Under the pieces are notes generated by a model. That model was not told the origin of the DNA. It was given only the letters and a program-made list of their open reading frames with translations, and ran no database searches. A stretch of DNA of 64,000 nucleotides, from positions 57,226,001 to 57,290,000 of the forward strand of contig OX597818.1 in NCBI GenBank assembly GCA_951406725.2, written 5' to 3'. Of the stretch, positions 1-14,464 are shown one piece after another (the stretch's first letter is position 1; each line of letters starts with the position of its first letter). Origin of the DNA: Octopus vulgaris (Eukaryota). The position numbers were made by a program, and so were the translations under genes.

Positions 1-100
1 TCGAAATGTAAAAGACTTTTTCATTTTCCCGAGCGTCAAACAAATAAACCTGCTTGTTATTCATGCACCTGTCTTCGTCTTTTGTTTTTCTATAAATTTG
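1..100 (+). mobile_element. 3' part of short HHR-bearing PLE-derived element (family GAAGAGCgtagGCTCGAAAcgt), cut by window edge
   Basis: tcgaaatgtaaaagactttt...cacctgtcttcgtcttttg matches the tails at 16843-16945, 55356-55460 and 59798-59890. Confidence 0.65.
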
Positions 101-479
101 AAGTACACACACACACACACACACACATATTGTACATACAAATAAGATATTTTTTGAACGCAGAGTTGCTGTTAGAGCAGCAGGAATATCGGGCTAATTA
201 CCCTTACAAGGAGAAATTTGTTATCAACTCTGAAAAATTGGCAAGTCTCATAAGTGATGCGAAAATAAAAGGAGAGAGAATGAAAAAAAAAAACCCCCGT
301 AGATTTAGCGGTCAGGCATGGTGAATGATAAGGAAAAAGTTTGATAGAAGAGGTTGGAAGAAAGGGAAATAATACAGTGCTGGTGATGCAAAGTAATGAA
401 TGACCCAACTCTGAAAACATAGAGAAAATTGTCACAGATCTTGATCAAGAACAACGATCGCTTTATACCAATGAAGTAC

Positions 480-1890
480 AGACAACTGAATCAACACTAG
501 AGTAAACTATCACACGTGTATGGTCCACCAAAGATTCAGAAGTATGGTATTGCAGTAAGACCTATAGTGAGCTGTAGAGGTTCAGCATGTTATCCAATGA
601 GCCGCTTCCTTGTGGATATAATCAGTCCATTAGCAGGAAAGTCAACACCGTATGTGAAGAATTCCACCCACTTCACAGAATTGATCAAGGATACCCCTAT
701 TGGATCCAACCAGATGGTGAGTGTAGAAAAGTCCCAACTGATGAAGCACTATCGGTGATTCAAGAAAAACTAGTGACAGACACCCATCTAAAACAACGCA
801 CTAGTATACCAATAAGAAACTTGATGGAAATGTTGACATTCTGTGTAGAAACTACTTACTTCAGTATGGACACTGATATATATTGACAGGAAGAGGGTTT
901 AGCTATGGGCTCGCTATTATCACCAATAATAGCCAATATATACATGGAATACTTTGAGAATTTAGCTTTAGGATCAACACCACTAAAACCAACCCTATGG
1001 CTGCGATATGTTGATGACACGTTCATACTCTGGCCCCACGAGGAAGATGTCCAAATATTATTAGATCATGTGAACTCAAAGCCATCCATACAGTTCACAA
1101 TGGAAAAGGAAAAAGACAATCAGCTAGCATTCCTGGACGTATAAATAACACGCACCAAAATATGAATCCAGGACATCCGTATATCGCAAGCCGACCTTTA
1201 CTGGACGATGCCTCATCTTCAATTCCCACCATCCATGCAGTGTAAAGAAAGGGATTGCTCAGTGCCTAAAACATCGAACAAAGAATATAAGTAGCGATCG
1301 TGATATCCACCAGGAAGAAATAACTAAGCTCAGTAACAATCAATCAAGTAACAACTAACCCAAAAGCATACTCTCCACTCCAATTATGAAGAAAATAGAA
1401 GACGAAACCGATAGACTGTCCACATTCTGTCTACCCTATGTGAAAGGCCTCTCCGAAAAGATACAAAAGATATGCGGCCTATATGACATCAGGACAGTAT
1501 TCAAGAGTAATACAACACTTCGCAAATATCTCCTTCGAGTAAAACCACCAATAGAAGAGAATATGACCAAAAACTTCGTGGACTCAATCCCATGCAGTTG
1601 TGGTAGGATATACAATGTTGAAACATGCCACCCCTCAAAATAAAAATAGAGAACAACGCAAAGCTGTGACACGAGGAAATATTGATAAATCAGGTATAGC
1701 TGATCATGTATGGAAAAATGAAGCCCCCCCCCTGTGGGATGAAGTTAAAATAATAGACAGAGAACACCACTGGAAAATACGAAAACTAAGAGGCAGCACA
1801 AATACTAGGATATAATAACCTTCTAAGCAGACTTAGTACACATACGAGTCGCATATGGGAACCGGTATTAAGAAAGGATAGGAAAATATT
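480..1890 (+). pseudogene. Decayed Penelope-like retroelement ORF (reverse transcriptase + GIY-YIG endonuclease)
   Basis: Frameshifted fragments YGPPKIQK..RPIVS, MGSLLSPIIANIYM, WLRYVDDTF, FTMEKEKDNQLAFLDV, LPYVKGLSEKI, SIPCSCGRIYNVET (degenerate GIY-YIG), SGIADHVW. Confidence 0.92.
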
Positions 1891-1929
1891 AGATATATAA
1901 GCCCTAAAATTCACTCCATAATTACCCAC

Positions 1930-2228
1930 GGGCACATGGTGTAGTGGTTAAGAGTACAGGCTACTTACCCTACAATTCCGAACAACAACACCAACACCAC
2001 CACCAACAACAACAACAACAACACCACCAACAACAACAACAACACCACCAACAACAACACCAACAACAACAACAACAACAACAACAACAGGGAAAAATAC
2101 CTTAGGAATGAGAACCCAGGTTCGAAATTCCCCCAGGACACCTGATGAAGGCTGGAGAGTACATTAGCTGAAACGTGTTAACGACAAGCAAGATGAGGAC
2201 AAATATTCGCCAAATGTAAATAATATAT
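1930..2228 (+). mobile_element. tRNA-like head + (AAC)n + hammerhead-bearing tail directly after the PLE ORF
   Basis: A-box-like tggtgtagtggttaag, (AAC)n 1981-2089, tail homologous to 48620-48788. Confidence 0.7.
2137..2179 (+). ncRNA. Degenerate minimal type-I hammerhead ribozyme
   Basis: gacac-CTGATGA-a-ggctgg/ttagct-GAAA-c-gtgtt; 3 nt of the stem III/cleavage site are missing relative to the 48418-48463 copy. Confidence 0.6.
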
Positions 2229-2862
2229 CCCTCCTTAATATGTTCTAGAACATATACACTCAAACATCTATCTATATAGGAGGGAGAGTCGAAAATTAAT
2301 TTGTTTGTTGATTCCAATAAACAAAAATTCGCGTTCTTGAGACAGAGGTAGCTTTGACTGAGAAGACGCACAACGAGGTCGAAACACCGCTTACATCGGT
2401 GAATGTTATGGGTTATAAACACAACAGCGATCAATTATTCACTTTCGAATCTTCCAGAACGTATAAAGAATGAATATAGTTATTGTTTGGACTCTTGCTG
2501 CTGTACGTGCACTCTATGAAGCTTTAAGTACAGCAAAAACATTAAAAAAAAACGAGAAAATGAATTTAAGTGCTTAATCTAAGAGAGAGGGATTGGCAGT
2601 GTTTACTTCCCTTTCTCGATTACATAAAACCTTCTGTGTTCTCTAATGCAATTATTTAGCAGTCTCCTTTCATATAAGTTATATTTGAAAGCCTGCTGTA
2701 GTGATATTTAACGGCTGTTTTATGTTATTCCATTGTTATAATACTTTTACCTCATCTCAGTACAAAACAAAAGTTACGTTAGCTTCAACAGAAGTTCCTT
2801 GTCATTTTTGTCTAATTATTTTCCCTGTTTATAAAAGGCGTAACATATTGAAGCTACAAAAG

Positions 2863-2864
<2 letters not shown>

Positions 2865-2922
<58 letters not shown>

Positions 2923-3355
2923 GGGTGCTTGTATTATTATGTGTATGTTTGTGTCTGTTGTGTATGCGTGTGCACATACGTATGTTTGTGTTATACACAC
3001 ACCCACATAGATATATATGTATATGTATGTATGCATATACATTTATATGTGTGTATGTATGTATACATATACATTTATATATATTCATGTGTGTATATAT
3101 AGGTATATGTATGCATGTATACATATACATTTATATATATTCATATGTATATATGTGTGTGTATGTATGTATACATATACATTTATATATATTCATGTGT
3201 ATATATATATGTATGTATACATATATATTTATATATATTCATGTATGTTTATATATAAATGTATGTATGCATACATATACATTTATATATATTCATGTGT
3301 GTATATATATATAGGTATATGTATGCATGTATACATATACATTTATACATATTCA

Positions 3356-3411
<56 letters not shown>

Positions 3412-3530
3412 CATATACATTTATATATATTCATGTGTGTGTATATAAATATATATGTGTGCATAGACACACATATATGTATATGTCATACATGTGTTTA
3501 TGCGCGCACGTTTGTGTATGTGGATATGTG
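2865..3530. repeat. (TA)n/(TG)n compound microsatellite with degenerate ~50-70 bp higher-order unit
   Basis: Repeated atacatatacatttatatatattcatgtgtg. Confidence 0.9.
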
Positions 3531-4919
3531 AATGTGTGGATGTCTGTGTGTGTTAGCGCACACATAAACAGGTGCGCGCACGCAAAGTCTTTCTTATTTT
3601 TGATTTTGTCCGCCATTTACTTCTATACTCAATATATGTTCCATATTATTCGATAACACTGTCTTTACAATTCTTCTTTTGTCTTTAAGTGTTGTCTTTT
3701 AATAGGTTGTTTCACAAATATGTTTAGCTGTGTCCATTTTTTTCTTCTTCTTTTTTATTCCACCTCTATTTAAGTGCATTTCTGGTTTCTGCTGTCTTTT
3801 GTATCTTTTGCAATTTTTCGCGTTTCTTCTATTCAAACAATATATTTCTTTTATCACCTTTTACGTTTCCCTAACAATCTTTTCGGTTCCTTCTACAATT
3901 AATGCTTTCATTTTGGTTTGTTTCTTTAACAATTCAATTTCTTTTCAGCTAACATGAACATCTAACTTTCTTCATACAACTTTGGCATTTTTCAAATATT
4001 CTCATTCTTTGATTTAGTTTATTTTTACTAAAATTGTTATTTAATTTGTTAGTTTTACTTCGATCCATTGTAAAAGATTAAAGGCATTCTTCTAAATTAC
4101 ATTTTTTAAATATTTTTAAATATTTGGTTAAATTTTTCTTAAAACTCTTTTATTAGGCTTTTCCTGACTACTCAACTAAAAGAAAGGTTTATATTTTTTT
4201 TTTTACGTTCACCGTTTCGTTTCGTTTCTATTCTGTCGGATTTTATATTTTCCCGTTACGTATCTCAAGCTGACACCAGGTGAAATTAGCGATAAATATA
4301 GTTGTTACACCACCTGTTTACTATGTTTATTTCAGCATTTACAAGATTTTTAATATTGCTTTGTTATATCTTGACACATCGTTTTATAAATCCGTTCTTA
4401 TTACCTTCAAGAATTTTACATTCTTGTAACTGAATAGAATTCACACAACCTGCCTCTTTTAATATGTATTCTCTCAAATCCTGAAGAATGCAGTCTATTG
4501 ATTTCATAAAATACATAACAGTTAAATAATGTCACTCGTTCAAATTTGGATGATGTTTATTCAGCAGCTCATTCAGTGTAGTTATTTATTCTATTCAGCC
4601 CAGCTTTGTATTAATTTGATGTAACTACAACCATTATTAATATATTATTGTGAGTTATTACTTTGGAAAATATTAACGTATCTTAATCGCTGAAGATAAT
4701 AAAATGTTAGTTTATGACTATTTCTCTTGTTATGCCGGAAAATACACGAAATAAATAAAAGTGTTCATTCTTGAAGACCTCTTCAGGGAAACATGAACTT
4801 TAGCACAGTTGCTGAAGTAGTGATCAGAAAATAAATATACATTATCGTATAAGAATAAACGTGAAAATCAGGTGAGAATGTTAGAAAATAAATTACTGTG
4901 AAAAGTAAGTACAGAATGC

Positions 4920-5727
4920 GGATCTTTTCGGTTTGAACGGCAGTTTTTTCTAGCGGTGTCATATGAAATTGTCACCCATAATTATGACCCTAGCATCGAT
5001 CTATTGCATTTCAATCTGTTTTAGGGTTCGGGATGGGGGGAAGGGTATCTTTTTTTTCTTCACAAATGTAAATAAAAACAATCTTTTTCTTAAACGAGGG
5101 ATATATTCATACGGCACAGAATATTTTCACCTCAATAGACGTCATTGATTGGTTGAAATTGCAGAAATTGAAGAAAAAACAACAACAAATATCTTACAAA
5201 CTATAGAATTTTCTCAATAAAGCCAAGAGAAAAAGATGTTTTATAAACACATTCTACCAGTATACGAAGTTTAAAAGTGTTTAGTTACGTGGAAATTATT
5301 TTAAAAAACTCTCTTTACTCTTTTACTCTTTTACTTGTTTCAGTCGAGCAAATCGACTCCAGGACTTATTCTTTGTAAGGCCAGTACTTAGTCTATCTGT
5401 CTCTTTTGCCGAACCGCTAGGTGACGGGGACGTAAACACACCAGCATCGGTTGTCAAGCAATGTAGGGGGACAAATACAGACACACAAACATATACACAC
5501 ACACTTATATATATATATATACATATATACGACAGGCTTCTTTCAGTTTCCGTCTACCAAATCCACTCATAAGGCATTGGTCGTCCCGGGGCTATAGCAG
5601 AAGACACTTGCCCAAGATGCCACGCAGTGGGACTGAACCCAGAACCATGTGGTTAGTTAGCAAGCTACTTACCACACAGCCACTCCTGCGCCTGTCGTTC
5701 AAACTGTCGTTCAAACCGAAAAGATCC
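4920..5727. mobile_element. MITE-like non-autonomous DNA transposon with a SINE inserted in its right TIR
   Basis: TIRs ggatcttttcggtttgaacggcagtttt ... aaactgtcgttcaaaccgaaaagatcc. Confidence 0.75.
5311..5693 (-). mobile_element. tRNA-derived SINE family B (CORE-like)
   Basis: Reverse complement of ggcgcaggagtggctgtgtggtaagtag...ccttgggcaagtgtcttc...aagtaaaagag. Confidence 0.9.
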
Positions 5728-6042
5728 CAACTTCCCTTCAAAATCTTGGATTATTTTCGATATTATATTTGGTAAGGATGCTCTCCCGAAATATAACAGA
5801 AACATTAAACCAGCTATATAGAGTGTTATAATGTTTCTACCTTTGGCCTTCGACCTTTTTATATGCAAAGCATTTTTTTACCCAATATTTACAAGCTGTT
5901 ATTTGTAGCTTGACATACTTCCTGTTCTACAATTAAAAACAAAACATTTTTGTCCATATTTATTGGCGTCATCTTGAATTATTTTGCCTGAATTCTCACC
6001 TGCGTTACTTAGTCTTTCTTTAAAATATTTTCAGAGGAGAGA

Positions 6043-6780
6043 GGCACTCCGTCGATTACGACGACGCAGGTCCCAGCTGATATGATCAACGGAACAGCTT
6101 GCTCGTGAAATAACGTGCAAGTGGCTGACACGTGTACCCTTAACATAGGCGGCGAGCTGGAAGAAACGTTAGCACGCCGGACAAAATGCTTTGCGGTATT
6201 TCGTCTGTCTCTACGTTCTGAGTTCAAATTCCGCCGAGGTCGACTTTGCCTTTCATCCTTTCGGGGTCGATAATTTAAGTACCAGTTACGCACTGGGGTC
6301 GATATAATCGACTTAATCCGTTTGTCTGTCCTTGTTTGTCCTCTCTGTGTTTAGCCCCTTGTGGGTAGTAAAGAAATAGGTATTTCGTCTTCTTTACGTT
6401 CTGTAGTTCAAATTCCGCCGAGGTCGACTTTGCCTTTCATCCTTTCGGGGTCGATTAAATAAGTACCAGTTACGCACTGAGGTCGATATAATCGACTTAA
6501 TCCGTTTGTCCTCTCTGTGTTTAGCCCCTTGTGGGTAGTAAAGAAATAGGCTGACACGTGTACCCTTAACCTAATTCTCAGGGAGATTTAGTATGATACA
6601 GCATGTGACAAGGCTGGCCCTTTGAAATACAGGTACTACTCATTTTTGCCAGCTAAGTGGACTGGAGCAATGTGAAGTAAAGTGTCTTGCTCGCTCAAGG
6701 ACACAACGCGTCGCTGGGAATTGAACTGACGACCTTACAATCGTGAGTCGAATGCCCTAACCACTAAGCCACGTGCCTTC
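6043..6780 (-). mobile_element. tRNA-derived SINE family C variant, interrupted by a family A SINE
   Basis: Shares gcactccgtcg...acgtgtacccttaac...tgtgacaaggctggcc with 44096-44476; tRNA-like head at 6700-6780. Confidence 0.8.
6147..6548 (+). mobile_element. SINE family A (Deu/Nin-domain-like), dimeric, with 22-bp TSD
   Basis: ggcggcgagctgg head; gtcgactttgcctttcatcctttcggggtcga core; TSD ggctgacacgtgtacccttaac at 6123 and 6549. Confidence 0.9.
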
Positions 6781-6986
6781 GCAAGATATTTACCGCATTT
6801 AGAGAAATTAGCTATAATTTTCATTGAAGTGAATATTGAAAAGTTCATTCGGCGTGACAATGTTGCAAGGAAAGACAATACAACTTCATATTGTTTTAAT
6901 AATTTGAAAAGTCCAGGCCAGCTCTGGTCAAAAGTTTTTCAATTGTAACAACTCCAACTTTTAAACATAATATATCAAGGGCTATC

Positions 6987-7410
6987 AGGGTGGCGAGCTG
7001 GCAGAATCGTTAGCACGCCGGGCGAAATGCTTGGCAGTATTTCATCTGTCGCTACGTTCTGAGTTCAAATTCCGCCAAGGTCGACTTTGCCTTTCATCCT
7101 TTCAGGGTCGATTAAATAAGTACCAGTTACGCACTGGGGTCGATCTAATCGGCTTAATCCGTTTGTCTGTCCTTGTTCGCCCCCTCTATGTTTAGCCCCT
7201 TGTGGGCAATAAAGAAATAGGTATTTCGTCTGCCGCTACGTTCTGAGTTCAAATTCCGCCGAGGTCGAATTTGCCTTTCATCATTTTTGGGTCGATTAAA
7301 TAATAAGTACCAGCTACGCACTGGGTTTGATGTGATTGACATCATCCCTTTGTCTGTTCTTGTTTTTCCTCTCTATGTTTAGCCCCACCCCCTGAGCAAT
7401 AAAGAAATAA
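6987..7410 (+). mobile_element. SINE family A, dimeric, with TSD
   Basis: TSD aatatatcaagggcta at ~6969 and ~7410. Confidence 0.9.
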
Positions 7411-8491
7411 ATATATCAAGGGCTACATTATCAAATATTTTCCCTTATTTAGACAGCAGTTTGATTCAGAGATTTGGTTATATTTATATTAGGTTGCGCT
7501 GAACATTGACTTGCCATTTCACATTTACAGTACATTTTAAGAATACATTGCTCTCGCAGATAGCACAACGTTGTAGTTTTTGCGGGTTACCTAAGCAGCA
7601 ACAGAGCAGCCAATTCGTGGATTCTTTCTGGATTCAATATATTCAATTATTTTGGTTCCTACGTTTTTGTTTGCTTCATATTTTTTTTGTATTTGCAGTT
7701 GTTGTTGTAGCAAAATCTTTTAGATGCTGTAAATATGATGCGATTCCTTAGAAGACTGCTGAAGCCAGAGCCCTTTACAAATAGTGACAAGCATTGATAT
7801 GCTAAGGCAAACAAAAATGATAGACTAAAGCATAAAGAAACAACAGGCACAGTTCATTGGATAAGAGAAGAAGAAATAGCCTGAGCACTTGATGATGACT
7901 GTGACACTAGAAAGACGTTGGGGGAAGACAAAGCGAGGTGATACTTGATTGTCTGACTCATAGGTTTCGGAAAGACCAGCCCAGTAACATGTTAAGAAGT
8001 GAGGGCTCGGAGATCTAACATAACTAACGTCTGTGAGCATGGTACATGTATGGGTGAGAGAGAGAGATGTTTTTGATAAGTTCTTTCTGATGAATGAACA
8101 AGAAATTTCAAACGGCGACCAGTTGCGTGTGCAAAGAACATCTTAGTCCAATGTATTTTAAAGACTGCAGGGTTAACATTAGAAACGTGTGACTGCTGTT
8201 TCTTGCAGGTCAAGTTACTGTGTCGAGGCTCCATTATCAGGCCGGGTTGTTCTGTCATTTATTTACTGATTTGCGTCCGTGATTTTTCTTATGCAACTAG
8301 GGGGGAGGGGCTCTCATTTTTTACGACTACTTACAACTGAAATCAGATTAGTGGAAATCTTTCCTACCAGTCAGGCAAACAAAGAATTAGATTAAACCAC
8401 TAGAATTCTATGAAACAAATGATGGACTGTAGCGTCACTAAGTAGGAAGTGCCAACCATATTCAATTTGGAATAAATTATTTTATCGTAAG

Positions 8492-9260
8492 TACAAGCAG
8501 TGTAGTGTCCCACGGTAACAACAATATATTAGGGCTTATGATCCTTTGACCTTCGTTGGAAAACGATGAAACACGCGTGGTAAATATTTCCCACTCTCGG
8601 TGGAAATACTGTATTCCAAAACGGGAAATTTCTCCTTTTATTCGTTATAGAATTTCTCCACTGTGCAAACCTTTCCGACAAGCAGTGTAGTGTCCCACGA
8701 TGACAACTGTATGTTAAGACTTATGATCCTTTGACCTTCGCTGGAAAACGACGAAACACGCGTAGTAAATATTTCCTCCCTCTCGGTGGAAATACTGTAT
8801 CCAAAACGTAGAATTTCTCCACTGTGCAAACCTTTCCGACAAGTAGTGTAGTGTCCCACAATGACAACTGTATGTTAGAACTTATGATCCTTTGACATAT
8901 AACGACGAAACACGCGTAGTAAATATTTCCTCCTCTCGGTCGAAATACCGCATCTAAAATGGTATATTTCTCCTTTTATTCGTTGTAGAATTTCTCCACT
9001 GTGCAAACCTTTCCGACAAGCAATGTAGTGTCCCACGATGACAACTGTATGTTAAGACTTATGATCCTTTGACCTTCGCTGGAAAACGACGAAACACGCG
9101 TAGTAAATATTTCCTCCTTCTCGGTCGAAATACCGCATCTAAACCGGTATATTTCTCCTTTTATTCGTTGTAGAATTTCTCCACTGTGCAAACCTTTCCG
9201 ATAAGCGGTGTAGTGTCCCACGATGACAACTGTATGTTAGAACTTAAGATCCTTTGACGT
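8492..9260. repeat. Tandem minisatellite, ~160-185 bp unit, ~4.3 copies
   Basis: Unit start a(c/t)aag..gtgtagtgtcccac at ~8492, 8678, 8839, 9016, 9201. Confidence 0.9.
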
Positions 9261-9944
9261 ATAAGTCCATCTTTTTACACTCACTGTTATTATTCTGAAT
9301 ATAATATATGCTTCCATTTTGTGAACCATTTGCGTGATCGTGCTGTGCAGCTTTCCAAATAATTCCCATTATATTTTGTGCTAATAAGCGGCGAAACAGG
9401 ACGCGAATGCATTAATCATAACGAGCAAGACATGGTAAATTTGAAGATTAACTTTTAAGTAGAGACATGAAGTGTTCCAATGCAACGGGGGTTCAAAACT
9501 AATATTTCAGTTGTACATAATTTGCAATTCACTGCAAGCACACGACACAATGAAGTCGAAGATCAACGTTCTGAACACTCACTCAGAGTTAACACAAGAC
9601 GTGATTCACTTCCAGTTTAATGGAGTGTAACAATAGATTTCACTTGCGCCTGTCACTAGCTTCTGTTGTCTGCAAATTTGTAATTGTGAAAACTTCTATC
9701 ATCTTACTCTTGTAGAAAATGCTTTTAGAGATGGCTTCATATTAATTCATTTCGCTCACCGTCTTTCAGAGATTTATGTCTTAGATTAAAGCACAATCCT
9801 TTCTGCTTTCATTCAATTTGTCATACATTTGTGAGTCATTCATACAAACCGGGGTCGGAATTCTACTCACACGACGCAACATATCTAAGTCAAATTACTA
9901 CCAACTAGAAATAGCAGCCATATTACTCTAAAATCATACCCTAA

Positions 9945-10140
9945 TCTCTATATGTATATAAAGCTGAAGTTGTCTGTGTATGGCAGGTTTGGTAGCCTTC
10001 AACTAACACTATCTCCTCCGAGACCCTGCAGTGCAAATTGACCAAAATTGAAAGTATGATAGAAGAAGGCTTGCTCTTCCTTCTGTAGAAGAAAAAGTTG
10101 AAATCGGACCATGTTAACACCAAACATTATTTACATCAAA
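9945..10140 (+). mobile_element. Non-autonomous Helitron family 1, 5' portion
   Basis: 5' TC..tatataaagctgaagttgtctgtg, identical to the complete copy at 15164-15552. Confidence 0.8.
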
Positions 10141-10182
10141 TACACACACAAAGACACAAATACACGCACACGCAAATACACA

Positions 10183-10276
<94 letters not shown>

Positions 10277-10410
10277 TACATACATACATACATACATACA
10301 TACATACATACATACATACATACATACATACATACATACATACATACATACATACATACATACATACATACATACATACATACATACATACATACATACA
10401 TACATACATA
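10141..10410. repeat. (CA)n + (CATA)n microsatellite
   Basis: Direct reading. Confidence 0.97.
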
Positions 10411-10628
10411 AATAAATGAAAGAATGGAGTTGAACGACGATTTAACAAAATTCCTTTATATATATTCCTTTATTTATAGTAAAAAAAACACAAATTTCCA
10501 CACGAAAGCACATGATTTCTGCCCTTGGCATGTAGCTTAAACCGTGCTTTCTGACATAAATTTGCTACCCGGGTATCGGTTAACCGAATTATCCATACTA
10601 GGATAATTCCTTCAACTACTTAAACATT

Positions 10629-10689
<61 letters not shown>

Positions 10690-10763
10690 CGGACGAAGAC
10701 AGGTGGTGTAGAAAACAGAGATGTATTAGTATAGCGCTCAGGAATAGTAAAAGTCTTTTACGT
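10690..10763 (-). mobile_element. Truncated tail of the GAAGAGC-HHR family, in (TA)n
   Basis: Reverse complement acgtaaaagactttt...ctgagcgctatactaatacatc...caccacctgtcttcgtcc matches 16847-16920. Confidence 0.75.
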
Positions 10764-10857
10764 ATATATATATATATATATATATATTTTATAGGATGAA
10801 TTTTCGTCCTTTAACTTTGAATTTACTTATATAAAATCGTATAGGTATGAAAACTTG

Positions 10858-11514
10858 TATCAGTTTATGATTTAACTTATTAAACACAGTTAAACAAATT
10901 CATTCATATTTGTGTAATGGAGGAGATTAGATGTTAAAATGGATTATGGATTTTATTTTTCACGTTGCTACACAATTTGTTTCATACAAAAAGACTCAGA
11001 TATTCGTAAACAGAAAATCGCAGAAGTCGTATTTGTACTCGTCAGTAGCTGATATAAAAACTAAAAAAAAGACAGAATTACTAAGATTTTCTGTTTGTTA
11101 TCATTTTAGGATTATATTCGTTCTTGTAGTCCTGTCTATTTGAATCAAGACCGAAAAAGAAATATATTAAGGGGGTGCTAATATATGTAATATTAAAACT
11201 GACATTCTCTCTATAGAGAAATATTTTTTCAGTCTTGATTTAAATAGACATGACTGCAAGAACGAATACAACAATCGTAAAATGATAACCAAGATAAAAT
11301 CTATGTAATTCTGACATCTTTTTTCAGTTTTTATATTAGCTACTGACGAGTACAAATACGACTATTATGATTTTCTAGTCATGAATATCTGAGACTTTTT
11401 GTATGGACTAAATTTTATAGCAACATGAAAAATAAAAACTATCATCCATTTTAACACACCTAAACATGAATGCGTATGTTGAACTGTGTTTAATAAGTTG
11501 AATCATATACTGAT

Positions 11515-11515
<1 letters not shown>
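10858..11515. mobile_element. Foldback element, ~300-bp diverged inverted arms with ~55-bp spacer, HHR-bearing
   Basis: 10858-11166 is the reverse complement of 11220-11515; flanked by microsatellites. Confidence 0.85.
10967..11049 (-). ncRNA. Type-I hammerhead fold with long stem II (mirror copy at 11339-11421, +)
   Basis: gcta-CTGACGA-gtacaaa..gactt..gagtc..tttgtat-GAAA-caaattg-TG-tagc; the other arm has TA at the cleavage site but a damaged GAAA. Confidence 0.7.
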
Positions 11516-12420
<905 letters not shown>

Positions 12421-12439
12421 CACATACGATGCTTTCACA

Positions 12440-12748
12440 GTTTTATTCTTTTACTTATTTCAGTCATTTGACTGCGGTCATGCTGGAGCACCAGCTTATA
12501 AGTTTGTTTATAAAATAATATTCTTTCTTTTCTTTTACTTGCTTCAGTAATTTGACTGCGGCCATGCTGGAGCACCGCCTTTTAGTCGAGCAAATCGACC
12601 CCAGGACTTATTCTTTGTAAGCCTTATTCTATCGGCCTCTTGTGCCGAAAAGCTAAGTTACGGGGACGTAAACACACCAGTATCGGTTGTCAAGCGATGT
12701 TGCGGACAAACACAAACACAGACACAAAAACATATACACGCACATACA

Positions 12749-12795
<47 letters not shown>

Positions 12796-12955
12796 GACGG
12801 GCCTCTTTCAGTTACCGTCTACCAAATCCACCCAGAAGGCTTTGGACGGCCCGAGGCTATAATAGAATACACTTGCTCAAGGTGCCACGCAGTGGGACTG
12901 AACCTGGAACCATGTGGCTGGTAAGCAAGCTACTTGCCACACAGCCACTCCTGAT
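12440..12955 (-). mobile_element. SINE family B plus extra tail fragment
   Basis: Homology to other family B copies. Confidence 0.88.
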
Positions 12956-13119
12956 TCTAATATAAGTGGAAGGTTTTAAATTAGGAGTGACGGGTGGTTA
13001 GTCGACTAAACAGTTTTTTTACTTCAGTGGTATTTTATTTTATCTATACTTTGTCCGGCTGCCTAAAGTGTGTGTCAATCCCCATGCTATATAGAAATAA
13101 TAATAATAATAATAATAAT

Positions 13120-14425
13120 AATAATCCTTTCTACTATGGGCACAAGGCCTATTTGATGGAGGAGGAAAATCGATTATATTGACCCCAGTGCGTGACTGGT
13201 ACTTAGTTTAACGACTCCGAAAGGATGAAAGACGAACTCGACCTCGGTGGAATTTGAACTCGGAACATAAAGACGGACGAAATGCCGCTAATCATTTCGT
13301 CCAGCGTGCTAACGATTCTGTCAGCTTGCTGCCATAGTAATAATAATAATAGTTTCAAATTTTGCCACAAGGGTATCCTTTACATCGATCACAGTCTTTC
13401 ACTGATCCTTAGTTCATCGACACCAGAAGGATGAAAGGCAAAGTCTACCTTGTCGGAATTTGAACTCAGAACGTAGCGATGTAATACCTATTTCTTTATT
13501 ACCCACAAGGGGCTAAACACAGAGTGGACAAACAAGGACAGACAAAGGGATTAAGTCGATTACACCGATCCCAGTGCGTAACTGGTACTTATTTAATCGA
13601 CCCCGAAAGGATGAAAGCAAAGTTGACCTCGGCAGAATTTGAACTCAGAACGTAACGGCAGACGAAATACCGCTAAGCATTTCGCTCGGCGTGCTAACGA
13701 TTCTACCAGCTCACCGCCTTAATAATAACAACAATTAAAATAATAGTAATGATGATAATAATAATAATAATAATAATTATGATATTCCTTTCTATTATAG
13801 TCACAAAGCCTCAAATTAGGCGGGCGGGGGGCAGTCGATTACATCGACTCCAGTATACACCACAACTGATACTTAATTCATTGACCCCGAAAGGATGAAA
13901 ACCATAGTCGACTTCTGTAGAAACTTGAACTCAGAACGTAGCGGCAGACGAAATACCGCTGAGCATTTCCGGCGTGCAAACTATTCTGCCAGCTCGCCAT
14001 CTTAATAATGATGACGATGATGATGAGAATCCTTTCTTCTGGAAGCACAGGGCCTCAAATTTTGGGCAAGGGATTAAGTCTATTACATCAACTCCAGTGC
14101 GTAACTGGTACTTATTTAATCTACCCTGAAATGATGAAAGCAAAGTCGACTTCGGCGCAATTTGAACTCAGAACGTAGAGGCAGGCGAAATACCTATTTC
14201 TTTACTACCCACAAGGGGCTAAACACAGAGAGGACAAGCAAGGACAGACATACGGATTAAGTCGATTATATCGACCCCAGTGCGTAACTGGTACCAAATT
14301 TATCGACCCCGAAAGGATGAAAGGCAAAGTAGATCTCGGCGGGATTTGAACTCAGAACGTAGCGGCAAAGGAAATACGACCACACATTTCGCCCGGCGTG
14401 CTAACGTTTCTGTCAGCTCACCATC

Positions 14426-14464
<39 letters not shown>

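Noticed and set aside
2701-3656. Long YI/HT/CV-rich ORFs (also near 10.1, 29.3, 31, 40, 53.6 and 60 kb)
   Set aside because: Translations of (TA)n/(CA)n microsatellites, not proteins
3580-4600. Strand-skewed A-rich (minus) region resembling old LINE coding sequence (similarly 7860-8300 and 51660-52210)
   Set aside because: Too decayed to identify motifs by eye
6009-6293. Recurrent ORFs such as RKDERQSRPRRNLNSER and SVSVYQIHSQGFGRPEAIVEDTCP
   Set aside because: Read-throughs of non-coding SINE families A and B
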